DNA from: Candidatus Dojkabacteria bacterium HGW-Dojkabacteria-1
Lineage (GTDB): Bacteria > Patescibacteriota > Dojkabacteria > SC72
Assembly: GCA_002840365.1 (NCBI GenBank)
Contig: PHAO01000001.1
Coordinates: forward strand, 303,514 to 367,513
Reading direction: 5' to 3'
Length of the DNA stretch: 64,000 nucleotides
A program made the translations under genes and the position numbers. Shown here in pieces: positions 19,086 through 28,777 of the stretch; the stretch's first letter is position 1; every line of letters starts with the position of its first letter. The notes beneath the pieces are model-generated. The model had not been told where the DNA came from and did no database searches. It was given only the letters and a program-made list of their open reading frames with translations.

Positions 19086-21980
19086 ATGGATAGTATAAAG
19101 ATATCAAAAGAGCATAATATGCCTACTTTTCCAAACACAGAGTTGGAGATATTAAGATATTGGGAGGAAAAAGATATCTTGCGAAAATCAATTGAGCAAA
19201 GACCCACAGACAAACCATTCACCTTCTATGATGGACCAATAACTTCTAATAATAAACCCCACTATGGCCATGCTCTAACAATGGTAATCAAAGATGTTGT
19301 TCCTAGGTACAAAACTATGAAAGGCTTTAGAGTAGATAGGAGTTTAGGATGGGATTGTCAGGGTATACCTGTAGAGTATGAGGTTGAAAAGGAATTAGGA
19401 TTCGAACAGAAAGAAGATATTGAGAAATTTGGAATAGAAAAATTCAATGAGATGTGTAGAAAATCAGTTGAGAAATATCAAGGTGAGATATCTGCATTAA
19501 CTAAAAGAATGGGTAGATGGGTTAACAAAGATGAAGAGTATGCTACGATGGACTCTTCTTACATCGAAAGTGTATGGTGGTCATTAAAAGAGCTTTACAA
19601 TAAAGGATTGTTGTATCAAGGATACAAGGTAGTACCTTACTCTACTAGAGCAGGTACAACTCTTTCTAACTCGGAGGTAGCATTAGGAGGATACCAAGCG
19701 GTAGTTGACCCTGCAGTAACAGTTAAGCTTAAACTTAAGGAGAAAGATTCATATCTTCTAATATGGACTACAACTCCTTGGACACTACCAGGTAATCTAC
19801 TCGCTGCAGTTGGTAGGTCTTTTGACTATGTAGAAGTAGAATATGAAGGTGAAAAATATATAGTGGGGAAAGAGCTCGTAGAAACAATCTTTGGTAAGCA
19901 GTTAGAAATATTAAACACATACAAAGGTGAAGAGCTTGTAGGTATGGAGTATGAACCTTTATATCCTTACTACGCTGAGAAGAGCAAGGAGGGAGCATTT
20001 AAGGTAGTACATGCAGAACATGTAACTTTTGAGGATGGTACGGGTATTGTTCATCAGGCACCATATGGAGAAGAGGACTTCATATTAATGACCGGTATGG
20101 GTATTGGTATGTTTGACTATCTTGATGATCAAGGAAATATGAAAGAAGAGATAGAGCAGTTTAAGGGAATGTTCTACAAGAAGGCCAACAAATACATTAT
20201 GCAAGATCTGCAGGAGAGAAATCTTCTTTTTAAACATGAGGAATATGAGCACCAAATGCCAATGTGTTGGAGAACAAATACACCTTTAATATACAAACCT
20301 ATCAAGAGTTGGTATGTAAAGGTAACTGCTATAAGGGAATTGTTAGTAAAAGAGAACAAAAGTATAGGGTGGGTTCCAGAGCATGTAAAAGAGGGTCGTT
20401 TTGGTAATTGGTTAGAGGATGCAAGAGATTGGGCTCTAAGTAGAAATAGGTATTGGGGAACACCACTTCCAGCATGGGTATGCGACAAGTGTGGTGAAGT
20501 AGAAGTTCTTGGATCTTTTGCTGAAGTAAAAGAGAAATCTGGAGTAGAACTTAGAGATCCACATAAACCATTTGTAGATGATATTACATACAAATGTGAG
20601 AAATGTGCAGGTGAGATGAGAAGAGTAGAAGACGTAATAGATGTATGGTATGACTCAGGTGCTATGCCATTTGCAAGATTCCACTATCCATTTGAAAATC
20701 AAGAGAAATTTAAGTCTAAATATCCTGCAGAATTCATAGGAGAGGGTGTTGATCAAACAAGGGGTTGGTTCTATACCTTGCATGTACTAGGAGGAGCATT
20801 GTTTAACAAGAAAGCTTTTAAAAATGTAATAGTTAATGGTATGGCACTAGCTCCAGATGGAACGAAAATGTCCAAGAGTAAGCGCAACTATACCGAAGTA
20901 AATCTTGTATTAGATCAACTTGGAGCAGACGCATTAAGGTTGTACTTTGTTAGCTCCCCAATTGTTAATGGTGAAGAGGTTGTATTTAGTGAAAAGTTTC
21001 TAAAAGATATTACAGCTACTGTATTACTTCCATATTGGAACTCAGTAAAATATTTCCTCAACTATCAATCTCAATTCAAGTGGAAATATGATTCCAATTG
21101 GAGTACGGACAATGTAATGGATAGGTGGATATTGGCAAGATTAAATCAAACAGTACAAGAGGTAGAAGAAGGTATGGAAAGTTACAAGCTTCACAAAGCA
21201 TCTAAACCAATATTCAATTTAATTGACGATTTGTCTAAATGGTATATAAGAAGGTCTAGAGAAAGATTTGTTAATGGTGATAAGCAGGCTTTGGATACTC
21301 TTCATTTTGTACTTTTTGAAATATCAAAATTAATGGCTCCTTTTGCACCATTCATATCTGAATCTGTATACATGACACTAGCAAATGGATTTATACCATC
21401 TGTAAAAGAGTCTGTACATTTAGAGGATTTTCCATCTGTAAACAAAGAGTTCTTAAATGAAGAACTCCTTTCTAATATGTCTAAGGTAAGAGATATATGT
21501 TCCATAGGGTTAAATATTAGAGATGAGAAAAAACTTAAAGTAAGACAGCCTCTTTCTAAGGTATACATACCTTTGGAAGAGAAAGATATGATGGAAATAG
21601 TTAAGGGTGAGTTAAATGTAAAAGATGTAATATATTCGGAAAAGAAAGTAGAGGGAGAAGGTATAGAATCTCAAGAGGCAAAGTATGTATTTGTTTCTCT
21701 TGATACAAAGATTACAGAAGAATTGAAAGAGGAAGGGTTGTTAAATGAAATTGTAAGGGGATTGCAAGTTGCTAGAAAGGATAGTGGTTGTCAAATGGGT
21801 GAAATGATATCAGTGAAATATAGGAGTGAGAGTAAGGAAATATTAGATTTAATCGAGAAAAACAAGGAGAAACTTTGTAAGATGATATTTGTAGAATCAT
21901 TTGAAAAATCCCAAGAGATAACAGGGAATACTGTGATAAAGGTTGAAAATTATACTTTAGAGATAGAGATAGTTAAGTAG
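19086..21980 (+). CDS. ileS: isoleucine--tRNA ligase, type 2 (eukaryote/archaea-like)
   Basis: HYGH, GWDCQG, WTTTPWTLPGN, SRNRYWGTP, EGVDQTRGWFY, KMSKS, KVRQPL. Confidence 0.97.
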   Translation: MDSIKISKEHNMPTFPNTELEILRYWEEKDILRKSIEQRPTDKPFTFYDGPITSNNKPHYGHALTMVIKDVVPRYKTMKGFRVDRSLGWDCQGIPVEYEVEKELGFEQKEDIEKFGIEKFNEMCRKSVEKYQGEISALTKRMGRWVNKDEEYATMDSSYIESVWWSLKELYNKGLLYQGYKVVPYSTRAGTTLSNSEVALGGYQAVVDPAVTVKLKLKEKDSYLLIWTTTPWTLPGNLLAAVGRSFDYVEVEYEGEKYIVGKELVETIFGKQLEILNTYKGEELVGMEYEPLYPYYAEKSKEGAFKVVHAEHVTFEDGTGIVHQAPYGEEDFILMTGMGIGMFDYLDDQGNMKEEIEQFKGMFYKKANKYIMQDLQERNLLFKHEEYEHQMPMCWRTNTPLIYKPIKSWYVKVTAIRELLVKENKSIGWVPEHVKEGRFGNWLEDARDWALSRNRYWGTPLPAWVCDKCGEVEVLGSFAEVKEKSGVELRDPHKPFVDDITYKCEKCAGEMRRVEDVIDVWYDSGAMPFARFHYPFENQEKFKSKYPAEFIGEGVDQTRGWFYTLHVLGGALFNKKAFKNVIVNGMALAPDGTKMSKSKRNYTEVNLVLDQLGADALRLYFVSSPIVNGEEVVFSEKFLKDITATVLLPYWNSVKYFLNYQSQFKWKYDSNWSTDNVMDRWILARLNQTVQEVEEGMESYKLHKASKPIFNLIDDLSKWYIRRSRERFVNGDKQALDTLHFVLFEISKLMAPFAPFISESVYMTLANGFIPSVKESVHLEDFPSVNKEFLNEELLSNMSKVRDICSIGLNIRDEKKLKVRQPLSKVYIPLEEKDMMEIVKGELNVKDVIYSEKKVEGEGIESQEAKYVFVSLDTKITEELKEEGLLNEIVRGLQVARKDSGCQMGEMISVKYRSESKEILDLIEKNKEKLCKMIFVESFEKSQEITGNTVIKVENYTLEIEIVK

Positions 21981-21983
21981 ATA

Positions 21984-22505
21984 CTACTCTTCTATCTTTG
22001 TTTCAATACCTGTAATCTTTTCGAAGGTTTTTGCTGCAGTAAATAGCTTTACTCCAGATGATACTGCTAATTCACCAACGATATCATTTATTGCCCTATT
22101 TAATTCGTTTTCAATTGTTACAGGGATTAGTCTACCATCCTTTTCTCTACCTTTCTTAACATGATTACAGTACTGTATTGTTTCAATTGCGCTATCAATG
22201 TTTGCACCCTCCTCAAGTTTCTTAAAGAGTTCCATGAGTTTGTTAAAATCAGTAGTTTTTGGATCCTTTGTAGGTTTCTTTTTTAGTATGGATATTTTAT
22301 CCATAATTTCTTTTGTAGAAGATACTGGTCTAACACTTAGATTATCAATATTTTCAATTGGAGTTGATATTGTTATAGAACTATTTATAAACTCAAATTC
22401 AAAATACTGTTTTTTTTCTCCATTAAATTCAATTTCTTTTTCCTGTTTAACCCATCCTGCGCCATGTGAGGGATAGAATACTTTTGATCCAATCTTGAAG
22501 TTCAT
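21984..22505 (-). CDS. carD: CarD/CdnL family transcription factor
   Basis: FKIGSKVFYPSHGAGWV RNAP-interaction domain; C-terminal ELA helix. Confidence 0.82.
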   Translation of the reverse strand: MNFKIGSKVFYPSHGAGWVKQEKEIEFNGEKKQYFEFEFINSSITISTPIENIDNLSVRPVSSTKEIMDKISILKKKPTKDPKTTDFNKLMELFKKLEEGANIDSAIETIQYCNHVKKGREKDGRLIPVTIENELNRAINDIVGELAVSSGVKLFTAAKTFEKITGIETKIEE

Positions 22506-22566
22506 AATAAGGTATAATTGTTAACTAAACATTTAATTATACCATTTTTTAATATACAATTCACTT

Positions 22567-23586
22567 ATGAAAATAACAGTAATTGGAGGAGGAACAGGTA
22601 CATCAACAGTATTAGAAGGCCTAAAAAAATATAGGGACTTAGATCTGTCTATTATTGTTGGAATGATGGATGATGGAGGGAGCAATGCTGTTGTAAGAGA
22701 TGAATTCGGTCTTTTACCATTTAGTGATTTAAGGAAATCTATTATCGCTTTGTCCGAAGAAAACGAAGGGGATATCTTAAGAAGATTGTTTACATACAGA
22801 TTTGCACAGGGTGAAGGTTTAAGAGGTCATACATTAGGAAACTTACTTATGATCGCAATGACAGAGATTACTGGCTCTGAAGTTTCTGCGATAGAGATGT
22901 TTAAATATTTATTCAATGTTCGTGGTGATATACACCCTGTAACTTTAGATAAGGTGAAATTGGTTGCTGAGTATAGTAATGGAAAAAAGGTAGTAGGTGA
23001 GCATTTAATTGATGAACCAGAAGAAGATTTAAGGATTAAGGATTTCTATTTAGACGGAGAAGCGAAAGCATACGAAGGTGCAGTAGAATCTATTCTAGAA
23101 TCACAATTTATTATAGTTGGGCCTGGAGATTTATATACCACTACTCTCGCTAATATTGTAGTTGATGGTATTTCTCAAGCTTTACAAAAAACTAAAGCAA
23201 AGATTATCTTTATTCCCAACCTTATGACTAAGATAGGGCAAACAAGAGGATTTACTCACAAGGGAATGGTGGAGCTTTTAGAGGGATATATTGGTAGGAA
23301 GTTTGACTATATTCTAGTTAATAGTGGGAAAATACCTAAACAAGCATATGATAGGTATATAGCAGATGGAGAGAAGCTTTTTGAAGATGATTTGGGATAT
23401 GAATCAGAGAGGACTATCATTAGAGATGATTTGGTTGCTAATTCCTTGATAAAGAAAGATAAAGGGGATGTACTTGTTAGAAGTTTAGTTAGGCACGACC
23501 CTCATAAATTAGGAAGGAATCTATACAGTATATTTAGGGGAGAATGGAAATCAATTATTTACAAGCTTCTTTCCCTTTATCGTTAA
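22567..23586 (+). CDS. YvcK/GlmR (CofD-related) family protein
   Basis: VIGGGTG, DDGGS, GHTLGNL, GPGDLYT, RHDP. Confidence 0.92.
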   Translation: MKITVIGGGTGTSTVLEGLKKYRDLDLSIIVGMMDDGGSNAVVRDEFGLLPFSDLRKSIIALSEENEGDILRRLFTYRFAQGEGLRGHTLGNLLMIAMTEITGSEVSAIEMFKYLFNVRGDIHPVTLDKVKLVAEYSNGKKVVGEHLIDEPEEDLRIKDFYLDGEAKAYEGAVESILESQFIIVGPGDLYTTTLANIVVDGISQALQKTKAKIIFIPNLMTKIGQTRGFTHKGMVELLEGYIGRKFDYILVNSGKIPKQAYDRYIADGEKLFEDDLGYESERTIIRDDLVANSLIKKDKGDVLVRSLVRHDPHKLGRNLYSIFRGEWKSIIYKLLSLYR

Positions 23587-24249
23587 CAATTTCCCTCTCT
23601 CTAATCTTTTTATATATTTACCTTCATAATATATTTCTATTGAAAAATACTTTTTTAAGATATTTAATATATCTTCTGGTTTACTGTTTTGTATTGGATG
23701 ATATTCAATTGAAATATTGTTTACATTCATGAGTAAATGCTCATTAGCTTTAATTAGGGTTAATTCACATCCTTCAGTATCTATTTTGAGCATATCTACT
23801 TCATACTTTAAATATTCATCTAGAGTTGTGGTATCTACAATAATTTTCTTTGTTTGTTCTTTTCCTGTCCAACTCTTTTCTAAAAAACTTGAATTTGAAT
23901 TCCACTCATTTTGTGTACCATCAACATACAAATCTCTTTTTGTACTTTCTTTCCATACTGCCTTATTAAAAGCTTTAATATTACTTAGGTTGTTTCTATA
24001 TATGTTTTCTTCTAAGTATTTAAAAGATATAGGATTTGGTTCAAAGGCGAATATTTTACTCTTAGGGTATATTGCCTTGAAGTAAAGTACTGAGATACCA
24101 ATATGGGAACCGATATCAAGAATAACTGGAGATTCTTTCTCTGTTTCAAAGTGATATATATCTTCTCCCCAGATTTCTTTTTTTAAGGAATGAAATTCCT
24201 TACTGTTTGGAAATACAACAGAGAATTTACCAAGCTTAGTCTCTTGCAT
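23551..24249 (-). CDS. FkbM family methyltransferase
   Basis: LDIGSHIG, AFEPNP, LKIDTEGCE. Confidence 0.92.
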   Translation of the reverse strand: MQETKLGKFSVVFPNSKEFHSLKKEIWGEDIYHFETEKESPVILDIGSHIGISVLYFKAIYPKSKIFAFEPNPISFKYLEENIYRNNLSNIKAFNKAVWKESTKRDLYVDGTQNEWNSNSSFLEKSWTGKEQTKKIIVDTTTLDEYLKYEVDMLKIDTEGCELTLIKANEHLLMNVNNISIEYHPIQNSKPEDILNILKKYFSIEIYYEGKYIKRLERGKLLTIKGKKLVNN

Positions 24250-24258
24250 ATGGATATA

Positions 24259-24852
24259 TTACTTCTCTATTTCACTCATTACAAAGGTAACTTTTCTTGC
24301 CCACTCAGAAGCACTTGGAGGACAGTAGTAAGGAGCAATCTTTTGAGGAGTATTTAATCCTCTTGAGTAGTATCTTCCTAAACCAGCAGATACTTGATCA
24401 ATACCCTCTTCCCAGCTTGAAAAGTTCTTTTTGCCCCATCCCCATGCATTGTAGGTTCTGAATGTATGCTTACCACCACTTGATTCGATAATTGAAATTG
24501 CAGCTACAAGTCTGTAGTCAATACCATATCTGTCAGCTGCTTCTACTAACTCTTTCGCATATGCAGCTAAAGGAGCGTTTCTTCTTTCTAAGTATGTTTT
24601 AACATTCTCTATCTTTCTTAACTTTTCGGTATCTTCTGATCTTGTAGATACTGCCTCTTCTAATATTCTTTCTTTAATTTCATTAGAGTCCATAAATCTA
24701 ACAACTTCTTCACCGCTTTCAATGTAAAGTGCTTGATTTGTACTCATAACCTGTTTTGGAGATATTTGTTCTACTGTATTTAATATTAGTCCTGCAAAGA
24801 GTATTCCTGCAATTACAGCTAATATATTTTTTTTGTTTAAAAGTATATTCAT
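24259..24852 (-). CDS. secreted lysozyme-like/glucosaminidase-like cell wall hydrolase
   Basis: YGIDYRLVAAISIIESSGGK, NAWGWG; N-terminal TM. Confidence 0.75.
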   Translation of the reverse strand: MNILLNKKNILAVIAGILFAGLILNTVEQISPKQVMSTNQALYIESGEEVVRFMDSNEIKERILEEAVSTRSEDTEKLRKIENVKTYLERRNAPLAAYAKELVEAADRYGIDYRLVAAISIIESSGGKHTFRTYNAWGWGKKNFSSWEEGIDQVSAGLGRYYSRGLNTPQKIAPYYCPPSASEWARKVTFVMSEIEK

Positions 24853-24930
24853 ATGTATTTTATTTATTCTTATACCTTGTACCCCATAGTTTTCTTTTTC
24901 ACAGCAACATTTTTGTGATACTATGTATCT

Positions 24931-26610
24931 GTGAATATGCAGTACAAAGTAATGGGAATAAAAAAGAGTAAGAAAAAATACTTCTTACTCATACCTACAA
25001 TAGCTATTATACCATTTTTAAGCTTCTTTTTCTATTTCCTACTTTTTACACAAGCACCATTTGTACTCCTTAGAAGTTACTTTTTTGATTACACTCCTAA
25101 GGTTAATTATGAAACTTTCAAGATATATATTGATGATTCTGTGTCAGAGAGTGTTAGAGAGATAATTGTTAAAGAGGTGGAGGATATTGAATTTCAGGGT
25201 AAGAGAAGATTCGAATTTGTTGAGAAGAGTAAGTCTGATTTTGTATTAGGTGTATCAACTTCTAAAGAGAGTAATATTGTAACTAAGGAATTAATACCTG
25301 TTGGACACATCTATTGGATTAATGGTGAGAGTAATCTTAATGGAACGGAAATATTAATGGAGGAAGAGGAATATCTTTTCGCAAGTGAGTATATATCATC
25401 AATTCTAGATGTAAAGGTCAAAAAGGTTGATGTATTAGCAGATGAATTGAAAAAAAGTGAAAAGAACATTGGATTGGTTTTTCCTTCTAAATTAAGTAAA
25501 GAGTTGAAAGTTTTAAGATATGATGATGAATTTGCAATTAATGATGAGAAGGGGGGTATAAAAATATCGTATTCATTAGAGGGAAATGAGAAAGTTCCAT
25601 TTGTATATTCGATACTTTCGAAGAACATAGAGGGGTTTGAGGATGACATTATTGAAAGAGAAAAGGTTGTAAAGATAAATATGACAGGTGTTACAGCAAT
25701 ATCTCGTGGTTTAGCTATGAAGATGGATTCAACGAGAGATTATGCTTACGCAGCAAAAGAAATAGGGGAATTTTTGGCAGATGCAGACTTAACACATACC
25801 TCTAATGAGGTTTCCTTTATGGAGGGATGCGTGGCTTCTGTAGGTATGAGATTTTGTTCTAAACCAGAATATATTGAAACATTAAAAAAGAGTGGAATAG
25901 ATATTGTTGAATTAACAGGGAATCACAACAATGATTTCGGTTCATCATACAATACAAAGAGTATTGAAATGTATAAAGAGTTAGGATGGGATTACTTTGG
26001 TGGTGGATTAAATGCACAAGATGCTAGTAAGATACTTTACAAAGAAGTTAAAGACAGTAGAGTTGCCTTTGTTGGATACAATTATTACGACACTATGCTT
26101 AATACTGCAGCTATAGCTTCTGATACAAGGGCAGGGGCTAATTCCTATTCTGTTGAGAAGCTAGAGCGAGATATTAAAGAGGCAAAAGAAAATGCAGATG
26201 TAGTAATAGTTACATTTCAGTTCCAAGAGTGTTATAGCTATCCTCCATCTGATGTAATTTATCCTATTTGTTACAAACCTCTTTCATCTCCTGATCAGAA
26301 GGGAGTCTTTAGAAAGGCTGTAGATTTTGGTGCAGATGTAGTAGTTGGAACACAGGCCCATCAGCCACAAACATATGAAGTATACAAGGAGGGAGTAATT
26401 TTCTATGGCTTGGGTAATTTGTATTTTGATCAATACAGATGGATTGGTACAAGGCAGGGTCTAGTTTTATCCCTTTATATACTAGAGGGTAAACTTGTTC
26501 AAACAGAATTAACCCCTACATTATCTGATAGGGACTTGATTCCTAGAGTTGCTCAAAAAGAAGACGCCAACTTACTGTTAAATTTGTTGAAGAGTGCAAG
26601 AAATTTCTGA
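24931..26610 (+). CDS. CapA/PGA_cap metallophosphoesterase-like protein
   Basis: TGNHNNDFG, GADVVVGTQAH, FYGLGNLYFDQ. Confidence 0.88.
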   Translation: MNMQYKVMGIKKSKKKYFLLIPTIAIIPFLSFFFYFLLFTQAPFVLLRSYFFDYTPKVNYETFKIYIDDSVSESVREIIVKEVEDIEFQGKRRFEFVEKSKSDFVLGVSTSKESNIVTKELIPVGHIYWINGESNLNGTEILMEEEEYLFASEYISSILDVKVKKVDVLADELKKSEKNIGLVFPSKLSKELKVLRYDDEFAINDEKGGIKISYSLEGNEKVPFVYSILSKNIEGFEDDIIEREKVVKINMTGVTAISRGLAMKMDSTRDYAYAAKEIGEFLADADLTHTSNEVSFMEGCVASVGMRFCSKPEYIETLKKSGIDIVELTGNHNNDFGSSYNTKSIEMYKELGWDYFGGGLNAQDASKILYKEVKDSRVAFVGYNYYDTMLNTAAIASDTRAGANSYSVEKLERDIKEAKENADVVIVTFQFQECYSYPPSDVIYPICYKPLSSPDQKGVFRKAVDFGADVVVGTQAHQPQTYEVYKEGVIFYGLGNLYFDQYRWIGTRQGLVLSLYILEGKLVQTELTPTLSDRDLIPRVAQKEDANLLLNLLKSARNF

Positions 26611-26647
26611 TATATTGAATAGTGTATAAATTTTTTATAATAGCATA

Positions 26648-27577
26648 GTGGATAATTTCAACAACAATGGTATACCAAATACCCCAAATCCTACTAATGA
26701 TGATACTACTACCCCAAGTACTGATTACAATTCAATGCAACCTCAATCAAATACATTAGGTGTATTACCTACAGATAATGTATCTGGTAGTGCTCCAATA
26801 GATGGACAAACTCCTGTAATGGATCAATCTCCAGATTTAGATGCTTCTGCAATAGATGCATTAGCAGCAAACCCTGAAGATATTAATGCTCAACTGGGAG
26901 TTCAAACCCCACCCATAGAAGAAACTGTTACACAATCTGAAACACCTGCAGAAGATACTGTCCCTGCTGTTGATGTTGCAGGGGCTCCTCAAGTAGTAGA
27001 TCTTTCTGCACCAGTTGAAGAGACTACTCTACCACAAGAAGAGACACTAGTTGAAACAACGGATTCAACATTATCAAGTACTCCAGATATGACAATGCAA
27101 TCTCCTATGGAAGAATCAATCCAACCAATGGAGACTCAAGTAGTAAGTGATACACCTGTAATGCCAGATGTACAACCTGTAACAGAAACAATGTCTATAC
27201 CCCAAGAAGAGGTAACTCCTGCCATGGAAAATACTTCAGACGTATTCGCATCTGCTCAGCCATCTCCAACTATGGAAGAGGCTCCTACGCCTCCTGTAAT
27301 GGAGAGTGCACCTGTCGCTGAAAGTATTGATTCTCAACCAGCATTCCCATCTGTACCTACACCTATGCCAGACATGTCTGCTAATTTAGCACAGCCACTT
27401 AATACAGTTGAACAAGCTCCTGTAGTTGAAGCATCCTCAGAGGAAGTTGTGAGTACACTAAACGAGAGTAGTAAGGAGGAGAAAGATAGTAGTGTGGTTA
27501 TTATTGTTTTGGTAGTAATAATAGTACTGCTTCTTGCAGGTATTGGATATTTTGGATATCAGATTTTTTTGAGTTAA
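26648..27577 (+). CDS. low-complexity P/E/T/S-rich protein with a C-terminal TM anchor
   Basis: Acidic, probably disordered 309 aa; ends VVIIVLVVIIVLLLAGIGYFGYQIFLS. Confidence 0.8.
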   Translation: MDNFNNNGIPNTPNPTNDDTTTPSTDYNSMQPQSNTLGVLPTDNVSGSAPIDGQTPVMDQSPDLDASAIDALAANPEDINAQLGVQTPPIEETVTQSETPAEDTVPAVDVAGAPQVVDLSAPVEETTLPQEETLVETTDSTLSSTPDMTMQSPMEESIQPMETQVVSDTPVMPDVQPVTETMSIPQEEVTPAMENTSDVFASAQPSPTMEEAPTPPVMESAPVAESIDSQPAFPSVPTPMPDMSANLAQPLNTVEQAPVVEASSEEVVSTLNESSKEEKDSSVVIIVLVVIIVLLLAGIGYFGYQIFLS

Positions 27578-27579
27578 TG

Positions 27580-27963
27580 CTATTCTGAAATCCAAAGCCC
27601 GTGAATATTACAGTATGCTCTTGCCCTTATTCGTGTATACTCTGATGGTATCTTAAATGATACAATTGGATCTTGATTGGGTTTGAGATACTGTGTATAT
27701 ACCTCTTCATCGATTATCAATTCAATGAACTCTATGTAGTGATTCTCTTCCATTGGATGTAGTACGTCTCCAACACTTACCATAGCCATATTATCTCTAA
27801 ACTCAATCACTGGCACATGTTTCTCCATTCCTTCATCCTCGACCTTTTCCTCAAGATGTTGCATAGGTTGGTTACAACATACAAGCGTACCAGAACCTTC
27901 ATGTTGGACTTGTATTACATGCCCACATTCTACACATTTATATATATTGCCCCTCTTAGCCAT
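27580..27963 (-). CDS. dfx: desulfoferrodoxin (2Fe superoxide reductase)
   Basis: CVECG...CCNQPM, EKHVP, HPM, HYI, CNIHGLW. Confidence 0.95.
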   Translation of the reverse strand: MAKRGNIYKCVECGHVIQVQHEGSGTLVCCNQPMQHLEEKVEDEGMEKHVPVIEFRDNMAMVSVGDVLHPMEENHYIEFIELIIDEEVYTQYLKPNQDPIVSFKIPSEYTRIRARAYCNIHGLWISE

Positions 27964-28090
27964 ATTGGTATATGTCTAAATTTATATATTACTTAAACAT
28001 TACATAAAATTTAGAAAAAAATATAGGGTTAGGTATTGTCATATATGAATAAGTCACTTACAATGGATAATAACCTTACATAGTTAGTAC

Positions 28091-28777
28091 TTGCTTAATA
28101 CAGCCAAGAGACTAGAATTAGAACATTTAGAGGTAAACCCAATAGAATTAGGGTATAGGTGGGATGCACTCAGAGGTAAGGTATTAGGTTTAATAGATTT
28201 CAGATTAGAGAATGGTAATCCTCGTCAGTGGTATATTGACCACTATTTGTATGATAAGGATTTGTTTGAAAATGCCTCATATATAGATGAAGTATATTGG
28301 GTAAATAGGGTTCCAAATGGTATTTTAGGTGAGGTATTCTTTTTGGAGGCATGTGAATATTTTGGTTTTGATTGTGTACCTACTGGAGGCGATGAGGATT
28401 CGTGGGGTGCTGATTTTAGATTAGCAAGTAGAGATGGTAGACAAACAAGATTTGTTGATGTAACTATAAATACATCGGAGAGGGGATTAAGGCAAAAGAA
28501 TAGGGTGGGAACATTCCCAACTCTCTTTATACCTTGGCATACAGATTACTACGACCAGAGACACTCACCCTCATATGCAGAAGAATATTTAACAACAGGT
28601 ACTTTTGATGCAGATATGTTTGTAGATGGTATTTTGACCTTTAACTATCGTAATTTACATGATTTAAGAAGGTCTGTATGGAGAGATTCCCCATGGGGAG
28701 AGGGATATATGGCACAAGACGGTATTACATATCTTAGAAACTTAGAAGGAGTTCTAGATATATTAAAGGAGAGATAG
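28091..28777 (+). CDS. hypothetical protein, possible PD-(D/E)XK-like fold
   Basis: GE...DSWGADF...FVDVT pattern; start codon uncertain (TTG). Confidence 0.65.
   Translation: MLNTAKRLELEHLEVNPIELGYRWDALRGKVLGLIDFRLENGNPRQWYIDHYLYDKDLFENASYIDEVYWVNRVPNGILGEVFFLEACEYFGFDCVPTGGDEDSWGADFRLASRDGRQTRFVDVTINTSERGLRQKNRVGTFPTLFIPWHTDYYDQRHSPSYAEEYLTTGTFDADMFVDGILTFNYRNLHDLRRSVWRDSPWGEGYMAQDGITYLRNLEGVLDILKER

Noticed and set aside
18815-19222. Short minus-strand ORFs upstream of ileS
   Set aside because: Antisense to the T-box leader and ileS; the region is explained by the riboswitch
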